In this document: positions 8,751 through 18,448 of the stretch, one piece after another
How the letters are laid out: every line of letters starts with the position of its first letter
Numbering within the stretch: position 1 is the stretch's first letter
NCBI GenBank assembly: GCA_020346285.1
Contig: CP070780.1
Coordinates: forward strand, 164,265-223,882
Length of the DNA stretch: 59,618 nt
DNA from: Candidatus Omnitrophota bacterium
GTDB taxonomy: Bacteria; Omnitrophota; Gorgyraeia; JABMRN01; RBG-13-46-9
Direction: 5' to 3'
Made by a program: the position numbers and the translations under genes
Notes under the pieces: generated by a model
What the model was told of the DNA's origin: nothing
Databases searched by the model: none
The model's input: only the letters and a program-made list of their open reading frames with translations

Positions 8751-9695
8751 ATGAGAAACGCATATGTATCAGCTTTATATAATTTAGCTAAACACGACAA
8801 GCGGATTTTTGCTTTGGTGGCAGATAACGGCGCGATCGTTTATGATAAATACCGCCAGGATTTTCCGGAAAGATTTTTTAATTTTGGCATTTCTGAGGCT
8901 AATATGATAAGCGTTACAGCGGGACTGGCGGCCTGCGGTAAAATCCCTTTTGCCTATACTATCTCGTGTTTTATTACCATGAGGGCTTTTGAGCAGGTGA
9001 GAAACGATGTATGCCTGCAGAACATGAATGTCAAACTCGCTGGTACAGGTGCTGGTTTTGTGTATAGCAATCTGGGGCCCACTCATCACGGTACCGAAGA
9101 CCTGGCCCTTATGCTGGCCCTGCCGAATATGACGGTATTTTCTCCCGCAGACGCCTTAGAATCAGAAAAAGTTACATTAAAAGCAGCCGAGATTAACGGC
9201 CCTGTATATATACGCCTTGCGACAGGAAAAACCCCTGAAGTTTATGAGAAGGACTATGATTTTCAAGTAGGTAGGGGTGTAATCTTAAGGGAAGGGAGCG
9301 ATGTTTCAGTTATTACAACCAGCAGTATAACCCATGAAGTTATGAAGGCCGTGGATGAGGTGAGAAATTCAGGCATATCGGTCAGATTAATTAACATGCA
9401 TACATTAAAGCCGATCGATAAAGAAATTATTCTTGAGTCTGCATCTCGAACAGGGGCTGTTTTAACTGTTGAAGAGCATACCATTCATGGCGGTTTGGGT
9501 AGTTCCGTTGCAGGGATTATACTTGAGGGCAATAATGGATCCGTCAGGTTCAAGCGGTTAGGCTTAAACAGCGTGTTTGCTTCAGGATACGGCTCATATC
9601 AGGATATAAAGGAGGAAAATGGGTTCTCAAAAGGAGACATCACGAGAGAAATAATAAATCTCTACGAAGGCAAGAAAGGCAAATCCCATGGGTAA
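8751..9695 (+). CDS. transketolase, C-terminal (pyrimidine-binding plus C-terminal domain) subunit
   Basis: FNFGISEANMISVTAGLAACGKIPF and RAFEQVRNDV. 314 aa. Directly follows the N-terminal subunit. Confidence 0.9.
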   Translation: MRNAYVSALYNLAKHDKRIFALVADNGAIVYDKYRQDFPERFFNFGISEANMISVTAGLAACGKIPFAYTISCFITMRAFEQVRNDVCLQNMNVKLAGTGAGFVYSNLGPTHHGTEDLALMLALPNMTVFSPADALESEKVTLKAAEINGPVYIRLATGKTPEVYEKDYDFQVGRGVILREGSDVSVITTSSITHEVMKAVDEVRNSGISVRLINMHTLKPIDKEIILESASRTGAVLTVEEHTIHGGLGSSVAGIILEGNNGSVRFKRLGLNSVFASGYGSYQDIKEENGFSKGDITREIINLYEGKKGKSHG

Positions 9696-10350
9696 GCTAT
9701 TGAGTATTATCACCTCTTTACATAAAAATACAAAAAGAGATTATATAAAGAGAATGCTGGATGAAAAGGCAGCATGCTCAAGGGTAGCAAGAAGGTATGG
9801 CAGGAATTACTGGGACGGGAATAGGAGATACGGTTACGGCGGCTATAAATACGACGGACGCTGGGAAGTTGTGGCAAAGAAACTCATAGAAGTATACCGC
9901 CTTAAAAATAATGCCAAAATTTTAGATGTAGGCTGTGGAAAAGGCTTTTTATTATATGAATTTAAAAAACTCCTGCCCCAAGCAATATTAAAAGGTTTTG
10001 ATATATCACAGTATGCCATAGAGAATGCAAAGGAAGAGATTCGCGATAATCTCTTCATTCACCGGGCACAGGATCCTTATCTCTTCAAAGATAAGGAGTT
10101 TGATCTTGTTCTATCATTAACGACCCTTTATAACATCTGCATAGATGACTTGAAGTCCGCATTGCAGGAAGTGGAGAGGGTCGGCAAAAATAAATATGTA
10201 ACTATGGAAAGCTACCGGAACGAGAGAGAATTGTTTAACTTGCAGTGCTGGGCACTGACATGTGAGTTATTTTTCAGGCCGGAAGAGTGGAGATGGTTAT
10301 TTGACGTATTTGGCTATACCGGAGACTACGAGTTTATATTTTTTGAATAA
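9688..10350 (+). CDS. class I SAM-dependent methyltransferase
   Basis: Motif I ILDVGCGKGFLL. 220 aa. 8-nt overlap with the transketolase C-subunit gene. Confidence 0.75.
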   Translation: MGKLLSIITSLHKNTKRDYIKRMLDEKAACSRVARRYGRNYWDGNRRYGYGGYKYDGRWEVVAKKLIEVYRLKNNAKILDVGCGKGFLLYEFKKLLPQAILKGFDISQYAIENAKEEIRDNLFIHRAQDPYLFKDKEFDLVLSLTTLYNICIDDLKSALQEVERVGKNKYVTMESYRNERELFNLQCWALTCELFFRPEEWRWLFDVFGYTGDYEFIFFE

Positions 10351-10368
10351 AAATAAAGGGAGAACCTA

Positions 10369-11445
10369 ATGGAGCTTCTATATACAAAAATGAAAATATT
10401 CCATTTTAAAGATAAACTGGATTCATTGCCCATAACCAGAGATACGATATTGCCACCCATACATATAAGAATCAAGCCGACAAATGTATGTAATCACAAT
10501 TGTTCGTATTGCGCTTATAGAGTGGGTCACTTACAGCTGGGAAAGGATATGGTGACAAAAGATTTTATTCCCAGAGAAAAGATGATGGAGATAATAGAAG
10601 ATTTAAAAGATATGGGGGTAAAATCTGTAAGCTTTAGCGGGGGAGGGGAACCTTTTTGTTACCCTTATTTGTTAGAAGCCGTTAAAAGATTATCCGAGAC
10701 GTCTGTTAAGTTTGCAAGTTTAACGAATGGCTCAAGATTAGACGGAGAACTGGCAGAGGTCTTCGCCCACAAGGCCACATGGCTCAGGATTTCCATAGAT
10801 GGGTGGGATGACGAAAGCTATTCTGCCTACAGGGGTGTGCCCAAGGGGGAATTCACGAAGGTAATCAGAAACATAGAGAATTTTAAAAAATATAAAGGAA
10901 AGTGTTATTTAGGAGGCTATATAATTGCCGATAAGAAAAACGCTTCTCATCTATATGAATTGATACTACAATTAAAGAATAGCGGCCTTGACAGTGTCAA
11001 GATTTCACCGTGTATCGTCAGTAACAGCTGGGCAGAAAACGATGTATATCACAAACCGATATTTAAGCAGGTTAAAGATGAGATTGTTAAGGCGTCAGAT
11101 GAACTTTCAGAGGAAAATTTTGAGATATACGACGCATATGATGACCAGCTTGAAAGCTTTGAAAAAGGGTTTAACCGGCATTGGTGCCCCTATCTTCAGA
11201 TATTGCCTGTCATCGGTGCGGATCTCAATATATATCCCTGCCAGGACAAGGCATATAACCTTGATGAAGGCCTACTCGGCTCAATAAAGAATACGAGATT
11301 TAAAGATTTCTGGTTTTCGGAGAAGGAAAAATTTTTTAAGATCAACCCTTCTGTACATTGCAATCATCATTGCGTGGCAAATACAAAAAATAAACTTATT
11401 TTGGACTATCTAAATGCGGATAAAGAGCATTTAAGCTTTGTTTAA
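10369..11445 (+). CDS. radical SAM enzyme with Cys-rich C-terminal region
   Basis: CNHNCSYCAY cluster and SGGGEPF motif. C-terminal CPYL...YPCQD...HCNHHC. Its N-terminal layout resembles the 6843 protein. RBS agggag. Confidence 0.8.
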   Translation: MELLYTKMKIFHFKDKLDSLPITRDTILPPIHIRIKPTNVCNHNCSYCAYRVGHLQLGKDMVTKDFIPREKMMEIIEDLKDMGVKSVSFSGGGEPFCYPYLLEAVKRLSETSVKFASLTNGSRLDGELAEVFAHKATWLRISIDGWDDESYSAYRGVPKGEFTKVIRNIENFKKYKGKCYLGGYIIADKKNASHLYELILQLKNSGLDSVKISPCIVSNSWAENDVYHKPIFKQVKDEIVKASDELSEENFEIYDAYDDQLESFEKGFNRHWCPYLQILPVIGADLNIYPCQDKAYNLDEGLLGSIKNTRFKDFWFSEKEKFFKINPSVHCNHHCVANTKNKLILDYLNADKEHLSFV

Positions 11446-11462
11446 TAATGCGAACCCGATAA

Positions 11463-12554
11463 ATGAAGATTCCTTATCGCGACCTTAGTATAAAAAATCT
11501 CATTTTGAGAAAAGAATTACTACAGGCGGTAAATAGGGTTTTATCGCATGGCAGGATAATTCTTGGGCCTGAGGTTAGGCAGTTTGAGAAACAGCTTATG
11601 CAATTTTGTCAAAAAAAGTATGCAATTGGAGTAAATTCTGGAACCGATGCATTGTATTTGGCTTTACGTAGTTTAAACATCGGACCTGGCGATGAGGTAA
11701 TTACGACTCCGCTTTCATGGATTGCGACAGTTAATGCCATTGCAGTATGTGGAGCAACACCGGTATTTGTAGACATATCGGAAGATTTGAATATTAATGT
11801 TGATTTGATTGAGGCGGCGATAACCCCAAAGACAAAGGTTATACTTCCTGTACATTTTACGGGAAAGTTATGTAACATTTTGCGAATTATGGAGATTGCG
11901 GCAAAACATGACATTTTCGTGGTTGAAGATTCGGCACAATCTTTTGGTGCACATATTAACGGTGCGATGGCAGGTTCATTCGGGCATATCAATTGTTTCA
12001 GTATGAATCCAATGAAGGTGTTATGTTCATATGGTGAGTCCGGAGCAGTTGTAACCGACGATGAACACCTATATCAAAAAATTATGTCACTAAGATATGC
12101 AGGAACAGTAAATAAAGAGAATTGTTATTATCCCAGCTTGAACGATAGAATTGATACCATTCAGGCCGCTATGATACTTGTAAATCTGAAATATTTAACT
12201 AAAAAGATTGAATTACGGCGTAAAATTGCAAAGTTTTATACTCAAGCCCTTAAAGATGTAGTAATCTGTCCTGAGGAAGATGATTCTTCTCATGTTTATT
12301 ATTCATACACTATTATTGCCGAAAAGAGAGACGAGTTGAAGGAGTATTTATGTTCGAAAGGGATTGAAACAAAGATTCAACACCCGATTTTAATGCCTTA
12401 TCATACCGCTTATCGTCATTTATCTAAGTTTTCTATACCTGTTGCTGAAAGTCTGGTCAATAAGATTCTATGCGTTCCCAATGAAGAAAACTTAACTTTT
12501 AAACAAGCTAATTACGTCGTAAACTGCATCAAGGAATTTTATGGGGCTTGTTGA
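11463..12554 (+). CDS. DegT/DnrJ/EryC1/StrS-family PLP-dependent sugar aminotransferase
   Basis: GVNSGTDALYLALR. Candidate PLP lysine in FSMNPMKVLCSYGESGAVVTDD. 363 aa. Confidence 0.85.
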   Translation: MKIPYRDLSIKNLILRKELLQAVNRVLSHGRIILGPEVRQFEKQLMQFCQKKYAIGVNSGTDALYLALRSLNIGPGDEVITTPLSWIATVNAIAVCGATPVFVDISEDLNINVDLIEAAITPKTKVILPVHFTGKLCNILRIMEIAAKHDIFVVEDSAQSFGAHINGAMAGSFGHINCFSMNPMKVLCSYGESGAVVTDDEHLYQKIMSLRYAGTVNKENCYYPSLNDRIDTIQAAMILVNLKYLTKKIELRRKIAKFYTQALKDVVICPEEDDSSHVYYSYTIIAEKRDELKEYLCSKGIETKIQHPILMPYHTAYRHLSKFSIPVAESLVNKILCVPNEENLTFKQANYVVNCIKEFYGAC

Positions 12555-12557
12555 ATT

Positions 12558-13082
12558 ATGAATATCAAGAAAATTAATGACGAAGTTTTCTATTCTTCTA
12601 ATGCAGTTACAAAAATTAGTAAAGAGGATATAGCGTGGCTCAGGGCTCGTGCAGCTGAAAACCCCAGAAAGCGGGTGCGTCTTTGCGGCCACAGAAATAT
12701 TGAAGATTTAATACATGAAATGCTCATTATTCACGCTAAGGGGATTTATGTTCGGCCACATAAACACCTAAAAAAAATTGAGTCATTCCACACAATTGAG
12801 GGTAATCTTAAAGTTGTGGTGTTTGATGAGTCTGGAGGTATCTTAGAGGTAATCCGTATGGGAGATTATCTTTCGGGAGAGATATTTTACTATAGACTTT
12901 CCGAGAGCTATTTTCATACTGTAATACCCTTATCTGATTTTGTGGTTTTCCATGAAATAACAGAAGGACCGTTTCAGCGCAAAGATACTGTCTTTGCACC
13001 CTGGGCTCCTGCAGATGATGAATATGAATCCCAGAAGCTCTATTTAAATAAATTAAAGACAGAGATAACGAGGAAAGGATGA
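12558..13082 (+). CDS. WbuC-like cupin-fold protein
   Basis: RKRVRLCGH...EMLIIHAKGIYVRPHKH...ESFHTIEG matches my recollection of the WbuC cupin family. 174 aa. Function unknown. Confidence 0.55.
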   Translation: MNIKKINDEVFYSSNAVTKISKEDIAWLRARAAENPRKRVRLCGHRNIEDLIHEMLIIHAKGIYVRPHKHLKKIESFHTIEGNLKVVVFDESGGILEVIRMGDYLSGEIFYYRLSESYFHTVIPLSDFVVFHEITEGPFQRKDTVFAPWAPADDEYESQKLYLNKLKTEITRKG

Positions 13083-14044
13083 ATTACCATCTAAAGGGCT
13101 CAAAAGCTATCAAATATGTTGAAAAAACACTAGGATACCCCTTAGAGACTTTGCTTCTTTTTCCTAAATTCTTTTTAATAGAGACAATTAATGTATGTAA
13201 TACACGATGTATTATGTGTGGAATCGACTTTGACAAAAAGAAAAAAGCTGCTATGACAGATAATCTCTTTGATAAAATAACAAATGAAATAACGCAGTAT
13301 AGTAATCATGTGGAAAAAGTGATACTTTATCTTGATGGCGAACCACTTTTAGATAGGAAACTTCCTTCAAGAATCCGAAAGTTGAAAGAGGGGGGTATTA
13401 AAAAAATCAATATTGCCAGCAATGCAAGTCTTCTTGATTGTGCAAAGGCAAGGCAAATTATTGACGCGGGCTTAGATGAGATTTATATTACTCTCGATTC
13501 TTTAAAAAAGGATGTCTTTGAAACCGTTCGTCCCAGACTAAAGTTTGAAACTGTGTATAAAAATATTATTGATTTTGTTAAATTGAGAAACCAGCTTAAT
13601 CCAAAACTTACTATTCGCATCCAAATGATTCTACAGAAGTTGAACTATCATGAGGTCGATTCTTTTAGCCACCATTGGGTTCCTCGGTTGAACCCTAATG
13701 ACCAGGTGATTGTACAGAAAGCCCATAACTGGGGTTCAACAGTAGAAGTTATGGAGTTTGGTGACGAAGATACGATTAACTATGTCCCTTGTATTGCCTT
13801 ATGGGGGACCCTCTGTATTCATGTGGACGGGCAGGTAGGACTCTGTTGTATGGATACCAAAAGCACATTACCTCTTGGTAAGGTTACTTCACAAACCATT
13901 GCTGAAATATGGTCTGGTAAGCCTTTGAGAACTATAAGAGAAAAGCATATAGAGGGGTGCAGATACCAAATTTCGCTCTGTAATAAATGCACTGTTTGGA
14001 GGGAAACTAAACACGAAAGGGAGAAAGTTTTAAAAACTGCTTGA
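13079..14044 (+). CDS. radical SAM / SPASM-like domain protein
   Basis: CNTRCIMCG cluster and LDGEPLL motif. C-terminal CIALWGTLCIHVDGQVGLCCMD ... LCNKCTVW. ATGA overlap with the upstream gene. Confidence 0.8.
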   Translation: MNYHLKGSKAIKYVEKTLGYPLETLLLFPKFFLIETINVCNTRCIMCGIDFDKKKKAAMTDNLFDKITNEITQYSNHVEKVILYLDGEPLLDRKLPSRIRKLKEGGIKKINIASNASLLDCAKARQIIDAGLDEIYITLDSLKKDVFETVRPRLKFETVYKNIIDFVKLRNQLNPKLTIRIQMILQKLNYHEVDSFSHHWVPRLNPNDQVIVQKAHNWGSTVEVMEFGDEDTINYVPCIALWGTLCIHVDGQVGLCCMDTKSTLPLGKVTSQTIAEIWSGKPLRTIREKHIEGCRYQISLCNKCTVWRETKHEREKVLKTA

Positions 14045-14045
14045 G

Positions 14046-15923
14046 ATGGATACCGCAATTATAAATTCCAAGGAATTTACACTATCGGACAATTTATCTT
14101 TAATAGAATATTGCAAGTCGCTAAGATCAAGATACAAACCGAACAAGAAGGTATTGCTTGTACAAATCCCCCAATTTATTTTTAAATCGTTTAATTCCGA
14201 GATTGCAAAAAGGAAAGGATATTACATTTTCCCTCCGACGGGACTGCAGTATTTATACGAGTCTTTAAAAAATAGGGATTTAGATATAAAAATTCTTGAC
14301 TTAAATTTTATGCTTTTAAAAAAAGTGTGTGAAGACGAAATATTTGACGACACGCAGTGGTTAATAAGCCTTAAAAATAGCCTTAAGTCATTTAAGCCCT
14401 TTATTATGGGGGTATCCTGTATGTATGATTCCGGCATACCGTCTTTGATGCAAATACTTGAATTTCTAAAAAGAGAGGGTCAATCTGTTATAATAGCAGG
14501 AGGGGTAATCGCGACATACGAATGGGAAAATTTGCTTTCACGGAAATTGTGCCATTTTGTAGTCAAAGGAGAGGGCGAAAATAAGATTAATTATCTTTTT
14601 GACCACTTGACAGAAGAAAATCAAAATTTCGCCCCAATTCCCGGAATCTGCTATAACTACCAGGACAATGATTTTGCTACAAATGGCAAACAGGACAAGA
14701 TTACGCTAGCTACCGATTTAATAGATAGTTATTCTTTAATTGAAATTGAGAAATATCACGAATACGGTTCTTTAAATCCTTTTTCGAGAATATCCGGGAT
14801 TTCTGACCATCCCTTTGCGGCCATTCAGATGAATAGGGGGTGCCGGGGGGCGTGTACCTTTTGCTCCGTCCACGATTTTATAGGAAGCGATATCCACAAA
14901 AGGCCCGTTGATAAAGTATTGGACGAGATGGAATTTCTAATTAATAGACGAGGAGTGAGACACTTTGAATGGCTAGACGATGATTTACTTTTTTTTAAAA
15001 AAGATTTTCAACTTTTGTTGAAAACAATTATAAAACGCAAATGGAGAATTAGCTGGTCAGCAAACAATGGTCTGATCGCCTCATCCATAGACGATGAGAT
15101 GATGCGATTGATGAGAGATTCCGGCTGCATAGGTTTTAAAGTAGGAATAGAAACCGGCAACGCTGAAATGCTAAAGAAAATTAAAAAGCCCGTTACATTA
15201 GATACATTTAGAAGAGTTTCTCGTATATTTAAACACTATCCCGAGATTTTTGTTGGAGGTAACTTTATGTTGGGATTTCCTCACGAGAGATTTTGCCAGA
15301 TGATGGATTCTTTTTGGTTTTTTCTGGAGCTAGATTTAGACTGGGGCGCTTTTACCATATGTCAAGCTATCAGAGGCGCAACGGCTTTTAGCGATTTTGA
15401 GGATCATTTTAGCACACAAATAAGTTTAAACGATGAAAATATAAAGAATTTTATTCCAACAAGGGAATCTCCAAAAGGACAGCTTTCTAACAAGCTCGGT
15501 ATTTTTAAAAGCATGGATGTTTTTAAAATAAATCCCGAAACTGTTCCCAGCGAAGAACAGGTTAAGGAAATATGGTTTACGTTCAATCTTGTCGGAAATT
15601 TTATTAATAATAAAAATTTAAAACCAGAAGGCAAGGTAGAGAAATTTATTTCCTGGGTTGAAATGGCTCAAATTGCCTATCCCACAAATGCATATATGAG
15701 TCTTTTTTTATCTCTTGCCTATATCATTAAAGGTGATCAAAAGAATTCTCGGAATTATTATAATAAAGCAGTGTTATGCCACCAGTCTGATTATTGGCGT
15801 GAAAGATTTTCTTCTTTCGGGTTAACGGGAGTATTAAATAACTTACCGAGAAATGCAGAGACGGCATGGAAAACTATGGAAACATTGCGAGAATATTGTT
15901 CGTTGCATTACCGTGTTGGATAA
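14046..15923 (+). CDS. B12-binding-domain radical SAM protein (class B type)
   Basis: N-terminal B12-binding-like region (VLLVQIPQ...IMGVSCMYDS...VIIAGGVIAT...VVKGEGE) followed by NRGCRGACTFCSV. 625 aa with a long C-terminal extension. Confidence 0.8.
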   Translation: MDTAIINSKEFTLSDNLSLIEYCKSLRSRYKPNKKVLLVQIPQFIFKSFNSEIAKRKGYYIFPPTGLQYLYESLKNRDLDIKILDLNFMLLKKVCEDEIFDDTQWLISLKNSLKSFKPFIMGVSCMYDSGIPSLMQILEFLKREGQSVIIAGGVIATYEWENLLSRKLCHFVVKGEGENKINYLFDHLTEENQNFAPIPGICYNYQDNDFATNGKQDKITLATDLIDSYSLIEIEKYHEYGSLNPFSRISGISDHPFAAIQMNRGCRGACTFCSVHDFIGSDIHKRPVDKVLDEMEFLINRRGVRHFEWLDDDLLFFKKDFQLLLKTIIKRKWRISWSANNGLIASSIDDEMMRLMRDSGCIGFKVGIETGNAEMLKKIKKPVTLDTFRRVSRIFKHYPEIFVGGNFMLGFPHERFCQMMDSFWFFLELDLDWGAFTICQAIRGATAFSDFEDHFSTQISLNDENIKNFIPTRESPKGQLSNKLGIFKSMDVFKINPETVPSEEQVKEIWFTFNLVGNFINNKNLKPEGKVEKFISWVEMAQIAYPTNAYMSLFLSLAYIIKGDQKNSRNYYNKAVLCHQSDYWRERFSSFGLTGVLNNLPRNAETAWKTMETLREYCSLHYRVG

Positions 15924-15924
15924 A

Positions 15925-17124
15925 ATGTCAAATTGCGAAAACAAATTAAAGCCATCTCTTCTTAAATATTATCAGGATTATTGTTTTAATCCTGTACCGA
16001 TCAATGTTGAGGATAAAAACGTATGGGAATTACATATGGTTAAACGCCGTAATCTTTATGAAAGACATTTGAAAATTCCACTTTCTTTGTTTAATGGGCG
16101 TTCAGTGATTGAATTTGGTTGTAATTCAGGAGAAAATGCTTTACATCTCGCAGCTTGTGGTGCAAGGTTAACACTGGTAGAACCTAACGACCAAGTATTG
16201 CCTCGATTGAAGACTTTATTTAAAAACTTTGGGTTTGAACAAAGCATAGTAGCCCTGGTGAACAAAGATATAGCTGGATTCGAATCTCAGAACTTCTATG
16301 ATGTAGTGTTAGCTGAAGGATTTTTGAACGCGCTTTCAAATCGGGATGAGATGTTTTTAAAAATCTGTAGATTTCTGGTACCAAATGGATTAGGTGTTAT
16401 TTCATTTGATGATCGATACGGTTCTTTACTTGAAGTTACGAAACAGTTGATTCTAAAACGGGCATGTTGCTTGAAAAAAATTGACGATATCCACAGCCAG
16501 ATTTCCTTAGAACTGGCTAAAACTCTATTCGGAGAGGATTTCGCACGACTGAATGCTTCACGGTCTTTTGAAGTTTGGTGGAAAGACGTGTTGCTAAATC
16601 CATTTGTGGCATGGAAGCATCTTTGGACTTATCAAGAATTTATTCCCCTTCTTGAGAAGGCTGGCTGTGAATTTTATTCTTCTTCTCCTAAATGGACTCG
16701 GGTCGATCATTTTTTGTGGTATAAAGATGTACCAAACAGCGAAGACCGGCATCAACGTCTTCTAAGCGATTGGCACAGAGCTTTTCCTTCTTTTTTGACA
16801 GGACTACCTTTCTTTGATGAAAAAATTGAGCTTGCCCCTTTTGATGTAGTAGAAGCTACCTCTGAGTTGATAGAAAAAATTTCTGAATACGTGTCATCAG
16901 AGAATTTGTCTATAGATTCGGTCTCTTATCCATCCGAACTCGATAATTATCTTAATAAGAGTGAAATTGCAGAATTACAAGTATTTAATGACGAGATGAA
17001 GAGAATATTTGATGTTGTAAAATCTTCTCAATTTGATGAGTTAATTTCCAATTACCACGATACAAAATATATAAGGATGTTTTGGGGGACCCCTTGTCAC
17101 TATATTTGTTTTATCAAACGATGA
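15925..17124 (+). CDS. class I SAM-dependent methyltransferase with a long C-terminal extension
   Basis: Motif I VIEFGCNSGENALHLA ... LVEPN. ATG at 15925 lies directly after the upstream stop (15921-15923); the listed 15853 start would overlap the upstream gene. Confidence 0.7.
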   Translation: MSNCENKLKPSLLKYYQDYCFNPVPINVEDKNVWELHMVKRRNLYERHLKIPLSLFNGRSVIEFGCNSGENALHLAACGARLTLVEPNDQVLPRLKTLFKNFGFEQSIVALVNKDIAGFESQNFYDVVLAEGFLNALSNRDEMFLKICRFLVPNGLGVISFDDRYGSLLEVTKQLILKRACCLKKIDDIHSQISLELAKTLFGEDFARLNASRSFEVWWKDVLLNPFVAWKHLWTYQEFIPLLEKAGCEFYSSSPKWTRVDHFLWYKDVPNSEDRHQRLLSDWHRAFPSFLTGLPFFDEKIELAPFDVVEATSELIEKISEYVSSENLSIDSVSYPSELDNYLNKSEIAELQVFNDEMKRIFDVVKSSQFDELISNYHDTKYIRMFWGTPCHYICFIKR

Positions 17125-18386
17125 ATCAATTAAAGAGAAAAAGTAACCCATTTATTAATTTTTTGCGCAGGCCAATCAGAGAGACTTGCCAAAAAGGCTT
17201 ATCTGTGCTGTTCAGAAAATGCCGAACACTTCTATTAATAGTGTTAGCAATACCGGTTGTTGTTCTGGTGCGTGCGTTACAGCCACTGGTATTAATACGG
17301 TTTGGGCGTTTAGAAAGTAGAAGGATTGGTCATTTCATTGAGAATACGGAGATATATCTGTCTGAACGTGATGGAGGGATGCACGATCATCGGACTTTTG
17401 ACATATTTTACCACTACTTACCAATTTCTAATTATCAGGTGAAGAAGATGTGGGAGAGGACAGGGAGGCTATGCATCTCGCCATTCACCGCTTTTACGCA
17501 AGCAATAGATAGGTTTAACCGTCTACTGCCAGGTGGCCAGCGACATACGATTTCACCATCAGCTAGGGACGTCTATGGCCTTCGTGCACACACTAAGCCA
17601 TACCTTTCTTTTACGCCCGAAGAGGAACGTTTAGGACGCCGAGAACTCCAGAAACTGGGCATATTTGATGGAGCTCCTTTTGTCTGTTTTCATGCGCGAG
17701 ACTCAGCCTATTTGGATACCACCTATCTGAACTATAGGTGGCGCTACCAGGATTTTAGGGATTCGAGCATTCATAACTATATCTCCGCCGCGGAAGAATT
17801 GGCACACAGGGGTTATTTCATGTTTAGAATGGGTACAGTAGTAAAGAAAGCGCTGCATAGCAACAACCCCAGAATTATCGATTATGCCACAAATGCCAGA
17901 ACAGACTTTCTGGATATATATTTGAGTGCTAAATGTCGATTCTTTATCTGCGATACCGCCGGTATCTCTTCTGCACCTACAGCCTTTAAACGGCCGATAG
18001 CCTGGGTAAACTATATTCGGCTTGGATATATCCCTAGCGGTGTTGTAAAGAATTTGCTTATTCCTAAGAAACTTTGGTTGTGCAAAGAACATCGTTTCCT
18101 GACTTTTCGTGAAATCTTAGATTCAGACATAGGCCGTTTTAATAAGGCTGAAGAATACGAACAGGTTGGAATAGAACCCGTAGAAAACACTCCAGAGGAG
18201 ATTGTTGCTCTGGCTGTAGAAATGGATGAGCGGTTGAAAGGCAAGTGGCAGACGACTGAAGAGGATGAAGAATTACAACGGCGCTTCTACGCACTTCTTA
18301 ATCCATGCAATTTGAATTTGAAGCAGATTGTTATACCACGGATTGGCGCAGAATTTTTGCGTCAAAACCCCGGGTTTTTAGAATAA
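17121..18386 (+). CDS. membrane-anchored protein of unknown function, paralog A (possibly a glycosyltransferase-like family)
   Basis: ATGA overlap with the upstream stop. N-terminal hydrophobic anchor LLLIVLAIPVVVLV. Strongly similar along almost its full length to 22252..23427. No catalytic motif recognised. Confidence 0.45.
   Translation: MNQLKRKSNPFINFLRRPIRETCQKGLSVLFRKCRTLLLIVLAIPVVVLVRALQPLVLIRFGRLESRRIGHFIENTEIYLSERDGGMHDHRTFDIFYHYLPISNYQVKKMWERTGRLCISPFTAFTQAIDRFNRLLPGGQRHTISPSARDVYGLRAHTKPYLSFTPEEERLGRRELQKLGIFDGAPFVCFHARDSAYLDTTYLNYRWRYQDFRDSSIHNYISAAEELAHRGYFMFRMGTVVKKALHSNNPRIIDYATNARTDFLDIYLSAKCRFFICDTAGISSAPTAFKRPIAWVNYIRLGYIPSGVVKNLLIPKKLWLCKEHRFLTFREILDSDIGRFNKAEEYEQVGIEPVENTPEEIVALAVEMDERLKGKWQTTEEDEELQRRFYALLNPCNLNLKQIVIPRIGAEFLRQNPGFLE
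17229..18386 (+). repeat. diverged direct repeat, copy 1 (paired with 22277..23427); boundaries approximate
   Basis: Nucleotide similarity is visible across the gene body. Exact shared runs include gggattcgagcattcataactatatc at 17758-17783 and 22808-22833, and ctttcttttacgcccgaagagga in both copies. Confidence 0.8.
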
Positions 18387-18388
18387 GA

Positions 18389-18448
18389 ATGAAAAAGATG
18401 TTAGATTTAGAAAAGAAAACCAAGGAATTAAGAAAGGATAGGCTGTGA
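18389..18448 (+). pseudogene. remnant copy of the 5' end of the transketolase N-subunit gene (19-codon ORF)
   Basis: 18389-18436 matches 7916-7963 at 46 of 48 nt, with two A/G third-position differences. It encodes MKKMLDLEKKTKELRK, identical to the real gene's N-terminus, then diverges and stops at a TGA overlapping the GTG start at 18445. Confidence 0.85.

Noticed and set aside
13079-14044. The radical SAM/SPASM protein as a RiPP (peptide) maturase.
   Set aside because: I found no plausible short precursor ORF in the flanks, and the neighbouring genes are overlapped or separated by 1-3 nt. The context is exclusively nucleotide-sugar enzymes. A sugar substrate is more parsimonious, although SPASM domains are best known from peptide maturases.
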